From the NCBI GenBank assembly GCA_963750045.1, contig CAVVPD010000009.1, positions 72,089-136,088 on the forward strand: a stretch of 64,000 nt of DNA, in the 5' to 3' direction. Numbering within the stretch: the stretch's first letter is position 1; each line of letters opens with the position of its first letter. The position numbers were made by a program, and so were the translations under genes. Positions 1 through 8,747 of the stretch are shown here, one piece after another. This stretch comes from an uncultured Actinomycetes bacterium. GTDB taxonomy: Bacteria; Actinomycetota; Acidimicrobiia; IMCC26256; DASPTH01. Under the pieces are notes generated by a model, which did not search any database, had not been told where the DNA came from, and was given only the letters and a program-made list of their open reading frames with translations.

Positions 1-2112
1 CCGAGCGAGGTCGTGATCGACAAGAAGAGCGCCGACGACGCCGGTTACCGGCCTGGTGACACCGTTCCGGTCGTCACCAAGGCCGGGCGTAACGACTACG
101 TGCTCACCGGGATCGTGAAGTTCGGCACCGCCGACAGCCCGCTCGGCGCGACCATCGCCGCGTTCACGCCCGCCACCGCGTCAGCGCTGCTCGGCACTCC
201 AGGTCAGGTCGACTCGATCGACGTGAAGGCCGATCCGGGCGTCAGCCAGGACCAGGTCGTGAGCAACATCCGCGCCGCGCTGAAGGGCGCGCCCGAGACC
301 GCCAACGTGGAGGTGATCAGCGGCGAGGACATCACCAAGGAGAGCCAGAACAACCTGAAGGACAACCTCTCGTTCTTCAACACCTTCCTGCTCGTCTTCG
401 GCGTCGTCGCGTTGCTCGTCGGCTCGTTCATCATCTTCAACACCTTCTCCATCATCGTCGCCCAGCGCAGTCGGGAGCTCGCCCTCCTCCGGGCGATCGG
501 CGCCGCCCAGCGTCAGGTGGTCGGTTCGGTGCTGTTCGAGGCGGTGCTCGTCGGCATCACCGCCTCCGCCATCGGGTTCGTCGCCGGCATCTTCCTGGCC
601 GTCGGCCTGAAGGCCCTGCTCGGTGCGCTCGGGCTCGACATCCCTGCCAGCTCCATCGTCATCCCCGCGACCGCGGTGATCTGGTCGTTCGCCACCGGAT
701 TGGTCGTCACCGTCGTCGCCGCCGTCTTCCCGGCGCTCCGCGCCGCTCGCGTCCCGCCGATCGCGGCGATGCGCGACTCGTCGATCGACACTTCGGCCAC
801 GTCGCCGCGGCGCGCGGTCTTCGGGATCGTCATCGCCGTGGTCGGCATCGCGCTCCTCCTACTCGGTCTCTTCGGTGACAGCGGGCTGCTGTTCGTCGGC
901 GTGGGAATGGGCGTGGTCTTCCTCGGCGTCGCCATCCTCGGCCCGATCATCGCCACGCCCATCAGCAGCGCGTTGGGACTGCCGATCCGCAAGGTGAAGG
1001 GCATCACGGGCTCCATCGCGCGCGAGAACGCCATGCGCAACCCCAAGCGCACGTCGGCGACCGCGGCGGCGCTCATGATCGGAGTGGCACTGGTGGGGCT
1101 CATCACCGTGTTCGGCGCCTCGGCTCGGGCGTCGGTGAACGCGGCGCTCGATCGTTCGATGAAGGCCGATTACGTCGTCACGTCGCCGGGTTTCGGCCAG
1201 GGATCGATTCCCCTCGAGGCGCAGCAGCAGCTCGGGGCGCTGCCCGATGTCCAGTCCGCGTCGGGCATCCGCAGCGGACAGGCCAAGATCGACGGCTCGG
1301 TCGAGCAGGTCATCGCCGCCGACCCGACGCAGATCGACTCGCTCTTCGACCTCCAGCCGACGGCCGGCAGGATCTCGCGCTTGACCACGAATGGGCTCGC
1401 GGTGCTCGACACGGTCGCCAGCGACAACAACTGGAAGATCGGCACGAAGGTTCCCCTGGAGTTCGCGCAGACGGGCAAGCAGGAATTCACGGTCGAGTCG
1501 ATCTACCAGCAGACCGGCTTCACGTCGTACGTGATCACCATCGGCGCCTACGAGAAGAACTTCCGGGACCAGTTCGACTTCCAGGTCTACGTGAAGGCCA
1601 AGGGCGGTGTCACTCCCGCCAACACCGCGGCGATCAAGAAGGTGATGCACCAGTATCCGGGGCCCAAGGTGCAGACGCGCGACCAGTACAAGGCGTCGCA
1701 GGCCGCGCAGATCAACCAGTTCCTCAACCTCGTCTACGTCCTGCTCTTCTTCGCGATCATCATCGCGTTGTTCGGTATCGCCAACACGTTGGGCCTGTCG
1801 ATCATCGAACGCCGTCACGAGTTGGGGCTCCTGCGCGTGGTCGGGATGACCCGGCGCCAGCTCCGGTCGAGCGTTCGGTGGGAATCGGTGATCATCGCGT
1901 TGCTCGGCACGATCCTCGGGCTGGTCATCGGAGTCGTGTTCGCGTGGGCCATGGTGAAGGCACTCCACGACCAGGGCATCGAGAAATTCGCCCTCGCTCC
2001 GGTGCAGCTGGCCCTGATCGTGGTCCTGGCGGCGGTCTTCGGCGTGATCGCCGCGGCCTGGCCGGCCCGCCGGGCCGCCAAGCTCGACGTCCTCAGCTCC
2101 ATCCAGGCCTGA
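1..2112 (+). CDS. ABC transporter permease, FtsX/MacB type with two permease modules. The 5' end lies upstream of the window.
   Basis: ORF 13..2112 stays open in frame back to base 1. Two FtsX-like TM bundles are present (FNTFLLVFGVVALLVGSFIIFNTFSIIVAQRSRELALLRAIGA and LVYVLLFFAIIIALFGIANTLGLSIIERRHELGLLRVVGM), separated by a large extracytoplasmic domain. GC3 bias is strong. Confidence 0.85.
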   Translation, partial: PSEVVIDKKSADDAGYRPGDTVPVVTKAGRNDYVLTGIVKFGTADSPLGATIAAFTPATASALLGTPGQVDSIDVKADPGVSQDQVVSNIRAALKGAPETANVEVISGEDITKESQNNLKDNLSFFNTFLLVFGVVALLVGSFIIFNTFSIIVAQRSRELALLRAIGAAQRQVVGSVLFEAVLVGITASAIGFVAGIFLAVGLKALLGALGLDIPASSIVIPATAVIWSFATGLVVTVVAAVFPALRAARVPPIAAMRDSSIDTSATSPRRAVFGIVIAVVGIALLLLGLFGDSGLLFVGVGMGVVFLGVAILGPIIATPISSALGLPIRKVKGITGSIARENAMRNPKRTSATAAALMIGVALVGLITVFGASARASVNAALDRSMKADYVVTSPGFGQGSIPLEAQQQLGALPDVQSASGIRSGQAKIDGSVEQVIAADPTQIDSLFDLQPTAGRISRLTTNGLAVLDTVASDNNWKIGTKVPLEFAQTGKQEFTVESIYQQTGFTSYVITIGAYEKNFRDQFDFQVYVKAKGGVTPANTAAIKKVMHQYPGPKVQTRDQYKASQAAQINQFLNLVYVLLFFAIIIALFGIANTLGLSIIERRHELGLLRVVGMTRRQLRSSVRWESVIIALLGTILGLVIGVVFAWAMVKALHDQGIEKFALAPVQLALIVVLAAVFGVIAAAWPARRAAKLDVLSSIQA

Positions 2113-2365
2113 CCCGCTTCTTTCCGGAACCTTGGGGCTGGCCTGGCGGGTCCTTGGAACTCGGGGGCGTAGGTTCTGCCTCAGCAAGAGACGCGAACCC
2201 GCCGCACCGGGCGCGCGAGCCTCTGCGAGTGACACACCCGGGCGGTCGGACTGCCCCCCGACCGCACCGAGGGTGTCCACAACACGAAGGTCTCCCCGCC
2301 CGGGTCGCCCCTCCGGGCGGGAGATCTGCGTCGGTCGTCAACACCTTCTCGTAGTCTCTCGCGGC

Positions 2366-3151
2366 ATGACCTACGAGACGATCGAACTCGAGGTGCGCGA
2401 CGGCGTGGCGCACCTGACGCTCAACCGACCCGACGCGGCCAACGGCATCAACCTGCAGCTGGCGCGCGACCTGATGGAGGCGGTGTTGGCGGTCTCAGCC
2501 GACCCGCACGCCCGGGTCGTGCTGCTCAGCGGATCCGGGTCCCGGTTCTGCGGCGGGGGCGACCTGAAGTCGTTCGCCGGGCGCGACGACCTGCCCACGC
2601 ACCTGCGCGAGATCCTGGGACCACTGCACACCGCGATCGTCGAGCTGGTGCGGGGTGACGCCCCCGTGGTGGCCGCGGTGCAAGGAAGCGCGGCGGGCGC
2701 GGGGATCGGCCTCGTGGGCGCGTCCGATCTCGTGCTGGCGGGAGAGTCGGCGAAGTTCGTGATGGCCTACACCGGTGTCGGGCTCACGCCCGACGGTTCG
2801 TCGAGCTGGTTCCTGCCCCGTCTGGTGGGCTTGCGCCGCGCGATCGAGCTCACGTTCACCAACCGCGTGCTGTCGGCGACCGAGGCGCAGGACTGGGGGC
2901 TCATCACGGCCGTCGTGCCCGACGACCAGCTCGCAGCCGAAGCGGAGGCGCTGGCCACCCGCCTCGCCGCCGGCGCGCCGCAGGCGCTCGCGGCGGCCAA
3001 GCGGCTGCTCCACTCCAGTCTCGAATCGACGCTCGAGTCGCACCTCGCGCGTGAGGCCGAGGCGATCTCGACCGCGTCGGGTCGCGCCGAAGGTGTCGAG
3101 GGCATCGCCGCCTTCGTGGAGAAGCGGGCTCCCGTGTTCGACACCGAGTAG
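2366..3151 (+). CDS. Enoyl-CoA hydratase/isomerase (crotonase) family protein
   Basis: ATG 2366 is in frame with ORF 2132..3151. The product starts MTYETIELEVRDGVAHLTLNRPDAANGINL and contains FCGGGDLKSF and VAAVQGSAAGAGIGL crotonase-fold motifs. The 78 codons upstream are Arg/Pro-rich and look non-coding. Confidence 0.85.
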   Translation: MTYETIELEVRDGVAHLTLNRPDAANGINLQLARDLMEAVLAVSADPHARVVLLSGSGSRFCGGGDLKSFAGRDDLPTHLREILGPLHTAIVELVRGDAPVVAAVQGSAAGAGIGLVGASDLVLAGESAKFVMAYTGVGLTPDGSSSWFLPRLVGLRRAIELTFTNRVLSATEAQDWGLITAVVPDDQLAAEAEALATRLAAGAPQALAAAKRLLHSSLESTLESHLAREAEAISTASGRAEGVEGIAAFVEKRAPVFDTE

Positions 3152-3168
3152 CCCCCGCGGCTCTGGAT

Positions 3169-3672
3169 TCAGGCGCCGCGGAGCTTGGCGTCCTTCTCGC
3201 GCACCATGGCGTCGAGGGTGGCGCGATGGTCGTCGAGCTTGGCCTGGAGGCCGATGTCGGCGACGCCGAGGATGCGCACGGCCAGCAGTCCGGCGTTGCG
3301 GGCCTTGCCGACGCCCACCGTCGCGACTGGGATGCCGTCGGGCATCTGCACGATCGACAACAACGAATCCAACCCGTCGAGCTGCGCCAGTGGTACGGGC
3401 ACGCCGATCACCGGGAGCGACGTCATCGAAGCGGTCATCCCCGGCAGGTGCGCGGCACCACCCGCGCCGGCGATGACGACCCGCAACCCCCGGCCGGCCG
3501 CGCCGCGCGCATAGTCGTACATCGCCTCGGGAGTGCGGTGCGCCGAGACCACCCGCACCTCGTGCGCGATCCCGAAGTCGGTCAGCACGTCGACCGCGCC
3601 TTGCATCACGGCGAGGTCGGAGTCGCTGCCCATGATCACGCCGACGAGCGGAGAGCCGTTGCCCACGCCCAC
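3169..3672 (-). CDS. purE: N5-carboxyaminoimidazole ribonucleotide mutase
   Basis: 167 aa. PurE signatures are present: [39 protein letters not shown]. Confidence 0.93.
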   Translation of the reverse strand: MGVGNGSPLVGVIMGSDSDLAVMQGAVDVLTDFGIAHEVRVVSAHRTPEAMYDYARGAAGRGLRVVIAGAGGAAHLPGMTASMTSLPVIGVPVPLAQLDGLDSLLSIVQMPDGIPVATVGVGKARNAGLLAVRILGVADIGLQAKLDDHRATLDAMVREKDAKLRGA

Positions 3673-3676
3673 GACG

Positions 3677-4669
3677 CTACCGGCCGGATGCGGCCCGGGC
3701 GCTCTCTTCGGCGAGGTCCGCCTCGTACATCAGCTTCACCAGAGCCTGGAAGTCGACCTTGGGTGTCCACCCGAGGCGCTCGCGTGCCTTGGCGGCGTCA
3801 CCCATCAGCAGGTCGACCTCGGTGGGCCGCTCGAACCGCGGATCCTGGCGCACGTAGGGCGTCCAGTCGTCGTAGCCCGCGTACGAGAACGCGGCGTCGA
3901 GGAACTCGCGGATCGTATGGGTCTCGCCGGTCGCGATGACGTAGTCGTCGGCGACGTCCTGCTGCAGCATCAACCACATGGCTTCGACGTAGTCACCCGC
4001 GAAGCCCCAGTCGCGTGCGGAGTCGAGGTTGCCGAGGGTGATCGAGTCCTGCAGGCCGAGCTTGATGCGCGCCAGGGAGGTGGTGATCTTGCGGGTCACG
4101 AACTCGAGGCCCCGCCTGGGGCTCTCGTGGTTGAAGAGGATGCCCGACGACGCGTGGAGGCCGTAGGCCTCGCGATAATTGACGGCCATGTGGTGGCCGA
4201 ACACCTTGGCGACGCCGTAGGGCGAGCGCGGGTGAAAGGGCGTGAGCTCGGTCTGGGGCGTCTCCCGCACCTTGCCGAACATCTCCGACGACGACGCCTG
4301 GTAGAAGCGCACCGGGCTGCCGGCCCCGCCACCGACGATGCGCACGGCCTCGAGCATGCGCAACACGCCCAGGCCGGTGATCTCCGACGTGAGCTCGGGC
4401 TGGGTGAACGACAGGTGCACGAAGCTGACGGCCCCGAGGTTGTAGACCTCGTCCGGCTGCACCCGCTCGACCGCGGCGATGAGCGACGACAGGTCGCGGA
4501 GGTCACCGTCGACCAGCTCCAACGACGGCGTCTCGTGCATCACCAGCTCGGCCTTCGGGTTGTTCTGGCCGCGGATTAGGCCGAACACCTGATAGCCCTT
4601 CTCCACCAGGAAGTTGGCCAGATAGCGCCCGTCCTGGCCCGTGATCCCGGTGATCAGCGCCCGTTTCAT
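3677..4669 (-). CDS. gmd: GDP-mannose 4,6-dehydratase
   Basis: 330 aa. Contains [14 protein letters not shown] (Rossmann), [19 protein letters not shown] and [11 protein letters not shown], typical of Gmd. Confidence 0.92.
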   Translation of the reverse strand: MKRALITGITGQDGRYLANFLVEKGYQVFGLIRGQNNPKAELVMHETPSLELVDGDLRDLSSLIAAVERVQPDEVYNLGAVSFVHLSFTQPELTSEITGLGVLRMLEAVRIVGGGAGSPVRFYQASSSEMFGKVRETPQTELTPFHPRSPYGVAKVFGHHMAVNYREAYGLHASSGILFNHESPRRGLEFVTRKITTSLARIKLGLQDSITLGNLDSARDWGFAGDYVEAMWLMLQQDVADDYVIATGETHTIREFLDAAFSYAGYDDWTPYVRQDPRFERPTEVDLLMGDAAKARERLGWTPKVDFQALVKLMYEADLAEESARAASGR

Positions 4670-5145
4670 GCTCCTGCACCCTTCGCGTCAGCTGCCTCGT
4701 CGTCCCGGCGGTCGAGGTGGTCCCAGGCCGGCTCGAGTTGGTGGAGGAACTCGTCGCAGCGCCGTTCCTCGTCGCGTTCACCGATGGCCGCCGCGCTCGC
4801 GCGCAGGCCGTCGAGCGCGCGCAGGAACCCCCGGTTGGGCGGGTGCTCCCAGCGCACGTAGCCCGAACCCCGCCAGCCCGACTGGCGCAGGCGGTCGAGG
4901 CCCCGGTGGTACCCCACGCGGAAGCAGGCATAGCCCTCGACCGGGTCACGGGCGAGCTGTCCCAGGCGGGCCCAGCCGTCGAGCGAGCGCGGCCACTGGG
5001 CCACCACTGACGACACCGCGGCCCGCCGCTCCGGACCGGACAGGGCCAGGGCGTCGGCGAGCCGCGCCACCGCGTCCGGCGGTTCCGGGTCGAGGACGGT
5101 CTCGGGGAGACCCTGGAGCGAGAGGGAGACGGGCTGGTCGGTCAC
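4666..5145 (-). CDS. Conserved actinobacterial protein, DUF3151-like
   Basis: 159-aa ORF with good GC3 bias. Its stop overlaps the gmd start by 4 nt. The family assignment comes from remembered sequence character ([15 protein letters not shown]...[17 protein letters not shown]) and was not verified. Confidence 0.6.
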   Translation of the reverse strand: MTDQPVSLSLQGLPETVLDPEPPDAVARLADALALSGPERRAAVSSVVAQWPRSLDGWARLGQLARDPVEGYACFRVGYHRGLDRLRQSGWRGSGYVRWEHPPNRGFLRALDGLRASAAAIGERDEERRCDEFLHQLEPAWDHLDRRDDEAADAKGAGA

Positions 5146-5183
5146 GGCGCCGAGGATATCGGCCGCCGGTACGATTCGGGGGA

Positions 5184-5882
5184 GTGACCGACGATCCGAA
5201 GCACGACTCCGATGCCCCGATGCCGCCTCCGGCCGCCACGCGGCTGGTGCTGGCGCGCCACGCCGTCACCCCGCAGACCGGTCCGATGCTGACGGGCCGC
5301 GCGCCGGGGATCGACCTCTCCGAGAAGGGCAGGGAACAGGCCAAGGCCCTCGGTGACCGCCTCGCCGACCTGCCGGTCGCGGTGGTCTACGCCAGCCCGA
5401 TCGAGCGCACCACCCAGACCGCGGAAGCGGTCGCCGAGCGTCACGGGCTCACCGTGCAGGCGCTCCCCGGCGTCATCGAGGCCGACTACGGCGAGTGGAC
5501 CGGCGGCCAGCTGTCCGAGTTGGCCAAGACCGACCTCTGGAAGACGGTCCAACGCTCGCCGTCGCGCGCGCGGTTTCCCGGCGGTGAGTCACTGGCGGAG
5601 ATGCAAGCGCGCATGGTCACCGCGCTCGAGGTGGTCGTCGCTGCCCATCCCGGCGAGCTGGTGGTCGTCGTCTCCCACGCCGACCCCATCAAGGCGGCCA
5701 TCGCGCACTACACCGGGGTCCATCTCGATCTCTTCCAGAGGATCGTGGTGTCGCCGGCATCGGTCACCGTGTTCGAGCTGACCGCGCACGGCGCGGCGAT
5801 GGTCAAGTGCAACGACACGGGCACACTCGAAGAGTTGCTCCCGCCGCCTCCTGCCCCCGAGGGCGAGGAGCCCGCGGCGTGA
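5184..5882 (+). CDS. Histidine phosphatase superfamily protein (MSMEG_4193/Rv2135c-like putative phosphomutase)
   Basis: In frame with ORF 4641..5882. The real part starts near GTG 5184 (alternative ATG 5220). Contains RLVLARHAVT...GR..G..LSEKGREQA and a second His motif, VVVSHADPIKA. Upstream codons are Arg/Pro junk. Confidence 0.8.
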   Translation: MTDDPKHDSDAPMPPPAATRLVLARHAVTPQTGPMLTGRAPGIDLSEKGREQAKALGDRLADLPVAVVYASPIERTTQTAEAVAERHGLTVQALPGVIEADYGEWTGGQLSELAKTDLWKTVQRSPSRARFPGGESLAEMQARMVTALEVVVAAHPGELVVVVSHADPIKAAIAHYTGVHLDLFQRIVVSPASVTVFELTAHGAAMVKCNDTGTLEELLPPPPAPEGEEPAA

Positions 5883-6403
5883 GCGCCGAGATCATCGAGC
5901 TCGACGACGTCGACGGTCTGGGCGCGGGCGCGGTGGGTGAGCCCGGCCAGCGCGCGTTCTACATCCAGGCGCGCACGGAACACACGCAGCTGACGGTGCT
6001 GGTCGAGAAGCAACAGGTCGAGATGCTCGCGAACGAAGCGGTCGCGTTCCTCGACCACCTGGCCGACGAGTACCCGGAGCTGCCGATCGACGTGCCGATG
6101 ATGCAGACGCAACTGCGCGAGCCCACGGTGCCCTTGTTCCGGGCGCGCCTCATCGGTCTCGGTTTCGACACCGAGCGGGAGCTCGTGCTGCTCGAGCTGC
6201 GCGAGCACGCGGAGGACGACGAGGCCGCGGCCGAGGGCACGGTCGAGGACGAGGGCTACGTGGCGCGCATCTACGCGACGCGCGCCCAGGTGCGGGCGAT
6301 GGCCGCGCGGGGGGTCGAGGCCGTCTCCGGCGGTCGTCCCCCGTGCCCGCTCTGTGACATGCCGATGGATCCGTCCGGGCACCAGTGTCCTCGCTGGAAC
6401 TGA
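5879..6403 (+). CDS. DUF3090 family protein (Rv2134c-like)
   Basis: GTG 5879 overlaps the upstream stop (GTGA). Contains GQRAFYIQARTE...LVEKQQVEMLANE and a C-terminal Cys motif, CPLCDMPMDPSGHQCPRWN. Confidence 0.8.
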   Translation: MSAEIIELDDVDGLGAGAVGEPGQRAFYIQARTEHTQLTVLVEKQQVEMLANEAVAFLDHLADEYPELPIDVPMMQTQLREPTVPLFRARLIGLGFDTERELVLLELREHAEDDEAAAEGTVEDEGYVARIYATRAQVRAMAARGVEAVSGGRPPCPLCDMPMDPSGHQCPRWN

Positions 6404-7110
6404 CGCCCGAGGAGCTGCGAGCCGCGCTCGGCGCGGCCGAGCTGGAGGTCGTCGGGCGGATGCGGTACTCGTCGAACGCGACGTTCCTCGTCGAGGCGAA
6501 GTTCGACGGCGAGGAGCTCGCCGGGATCTACAAGCCACGGCGCGGCGAGCGCCCGTTGTGGGACTTCCCGCAGGGCACGCTGTGCCAGCGCGAGGTGGCC
6601 GCCTACGAGTTGTCCGACGCGCTCGGTTGGGACGTCGTGCCGCTCACGATCCTGCGCGACGGCCCGCTCGGCGTCGGTGCGGTGCAGCGCTTCGTCGACC
6701 ACGATCCCGACGAGCACTTCTTCACCTTGCGCGACGGGCGGGAGGACCGCTTTCGCCAGTTCGCGTGGTTCGACGTGCTCGTCAACAACACCGACCGCAA
6801 GGGCGGACACTGTCTCCACGACCGGGTGAACGACGTCATCGTCGGGATCGACCACGGCCTCACGTTCCACGACGACTGGAAGCTTCGCACCGTGATCTGG
6901 GACTTCGCCGGTGAGCGACTCCCGCCGGCCGCGGCCGACGACGTCTGCCGGGTCGTCGCCGAGCTCGAGTCGGGTCCCCTGTCCGACCGCTTCGCCGCGC
7001 TGCTCGCGCCCGACGAGCTCGACGCGGTCGTCCGCCGCGCCCAGGTGCTCCTCACCCGTGGCCTGCCCTTCCCGGACGACTACCACAGCACTCCCTGGCC
7101 CCTGGTGTAG
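6385..7110 (+). CDS. SCO1664 family protein (PI3/4-kinase-like fold, Rv2133c-like)
   Basis: 241 aa. Contains GIYKPRRGERPLWDFP, VLVNNTDRKGGHCL and IDHGLTFH, which look like kinase catalytic-loop motifs. Overlaps the preceding gene by 19 nt. The exact start is uncertain. Confidence 0.75.
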   Translation: MSSLELTPEELRAALGAAELEVVGRMRYSSNATFLVEAKFDGEELAGIYKPRRGERPLWDFPQGTLCQREVAAYELSDALGWDVVPLTILRDGPLGVGAVQRFVDHDPDEHFFTLRDGREDRFRQFAWFDVLVNNTDRKGGHCLHDRVNDVIVGIDHGLTFHDDWKLRTVIWDFAGERLPPAAADDVCRVVAELESGPLSDRFAALLAPDELDAVVRRAQVLLTRGLPFPDDYHSTPWPLV

Positions 7111-7132
7111 GCCATCCTCGGAGGAGTGGGCG

Positions 7133-8666
7133 CTACTTCCGCTGGTAGACGGCGATGTGGTCGATCGTGACGACGTAGCGGTACTGGCTCTTGACGATCT
7201 TCTGCAACCGGGGGAAGTCGGAGATCGGGTAGTACTGCGAGCCCCGTACCTTGGCCGGTGAGGTGTCGACGAAGTACTTCGGCGGGTGTGCGGTGAAGTC
7301 GGTGTAGAAGTCGTCCCACGCGGCCTCGGTGTCGCTGCCGGTGTTGGCGTCCTTCGGTGGTCGCCCCGGATAGTTGCCGGTGAGGAACGACTGGGTCAGG
7401 AACCGCGTCGCCGGGCGCCGGCCCGACGCCCAGTAGATCTCCGGCACGCTGCCCCACACGTAGATCGGATCGTCGGGGTTGGTCGTCGTGGCGAGGTAGC
7501 GCGACACCGACTCGTAGTTCGGCTCGGGAACACCCGGGTGGTAGAAGTAGCCGGCCGCCGAGAACATCACGCCGACCGCGAGCCGCGAACGCCACGGTCC
7601 GGTCCGCCCACTTCCGCGAGCCGCGCACGAGCGCGCCCGCCGCCAGCAACGCGAGCGGCGGTGCCAGCTGCATGTAGTAGTGCCCGAAGAACCGCAGCCC
7701 GACTGCCACCGACACTGCGGCGGAGAGCAACCACAGCCAGAGGTCGGTGTCGCGGTCGCCGTCGAGCGCCCGCAGTGTGCGGTGGCCCCACGCGCTCGGG
7801 ATCTTCCAGAGCAGCGGGAGGTTGCACAGTGCCCACATCCCGGTCATGAAGAGGAAGGTCGTGAGCACGACGGTCGACATGGTCTTCATGCCGACGTACG
7901 AGCCGTTGCCCAGCACCGTCCAGTACAGGAGCTGCGCGGGCCCCATCGCCAGCGCGACCAGGGCGGTCGGGATCGTGAACCCGAGCGCGACCTCGCCGAT
8001 GCCCTTCTTTCCCCGTGAGCGCGCGATCAAGTAGACGACCGGGAGCAGGGTCGCCGCGCCGGTCTGCTTCGCCAGCGTGGCCAACGCGATCGCGACCCCG
8101 GCGAGGAACCCGCGCCCGCGGCGCGCGAAGAGGACCGCGGCCGTCATCGAGGGCAGCATGAACACTTCGAAGTTGGCGGCCTGCCCGTCTTGCGGCGCGA
8201 ACGCCACCATGGCGACGACGAACATCACACCCGCGATCCATCCCGCGCGCGTGCCGTAGCGCCTTCGGGCTTCGATGGCGAGCAACAACGCGGTGAGGGC
8301 GACCGCCAGCACGGCAACCAGGCGCACCGACCACAGCGCAGTGGTCTCGAAGAACGAGAACGTGGCCGCGTACACGTAGGGCACGATCGGCGGCTTGCGG
8401 TCGATCGCATCCTCGTAGAGCTGGCCACCCTCGTTGAGCACGTGCGCCTGGGTGGCGAGGAAGGTCTCGTCGGAGTTGAACACCGGAGTGAAGAACGCAG
8501 GCAGTCGCAACGCGAACGTCAGCGCGAGCAGGACCAGGAAGATCCGGGTGAGCTCGCGACGATCCGAGCGCGCCGACGCGGCGGGCGCGTCGACGAGCGT
8601 GGCTCCGGGATCGAATGCCCCGGGGGAGAGGGTGGGCGGCTCCGTACGCATCTGAGAACCACCCAT
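7133..8666 (-). pseudogene. GT-C fold membrane glycosyltransferase (ArnT/PMT, GT39-like), split by a +1 frame break as assembled
   Basis: The N-terminal ~355 aa of ORF 7080..8666 are a polytopic GT-C type protein (DETFLATQAHVLNEGGQLYEDAIDRKPPIVPYVY...). After ...GALVRGSRKWADRTV that frame turns to Arg/Pro junk. The conserved C-terminus (VGVMFSAAGYFYHPG...YVWGSVPEIYWASGRRPATRF...) continues in ORF 7133..7570. Total length is 3n+1. The junction is about 7575-7600, next to a GGACCGGACC duplication. Confidence 0.75.
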
Positions 8667-8747
8667 TCTGCCCGTTCTGTTCCCGTCCGCGGGATCTCGG
8701 CCCCGGAGCCGGTTCCCGGCAGGGCAGGGAGGTCGGTCCCGCCGGGC

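Noticed and set aside
859-2280. 473-aa ORF on the minus strand, opposite the ABC permease gene
   Set aside because: It is antisense to a gene with clear motifs. Its product is Arg/Asp/Glu/His/Gly-rich with no hydrophobic core. This is the usual GC-mirror artefact, because GC3 of the true frame keeps the antisense frame open.
3152-3172. Short inverted repeat CCGCGGC...GCCGCGG between the convergent crotonase and purE genes, as a possible terminator
   Set aside because: The stem is only 7 bp, has a large loop and overlaps the purE stop. That is too weak to call.
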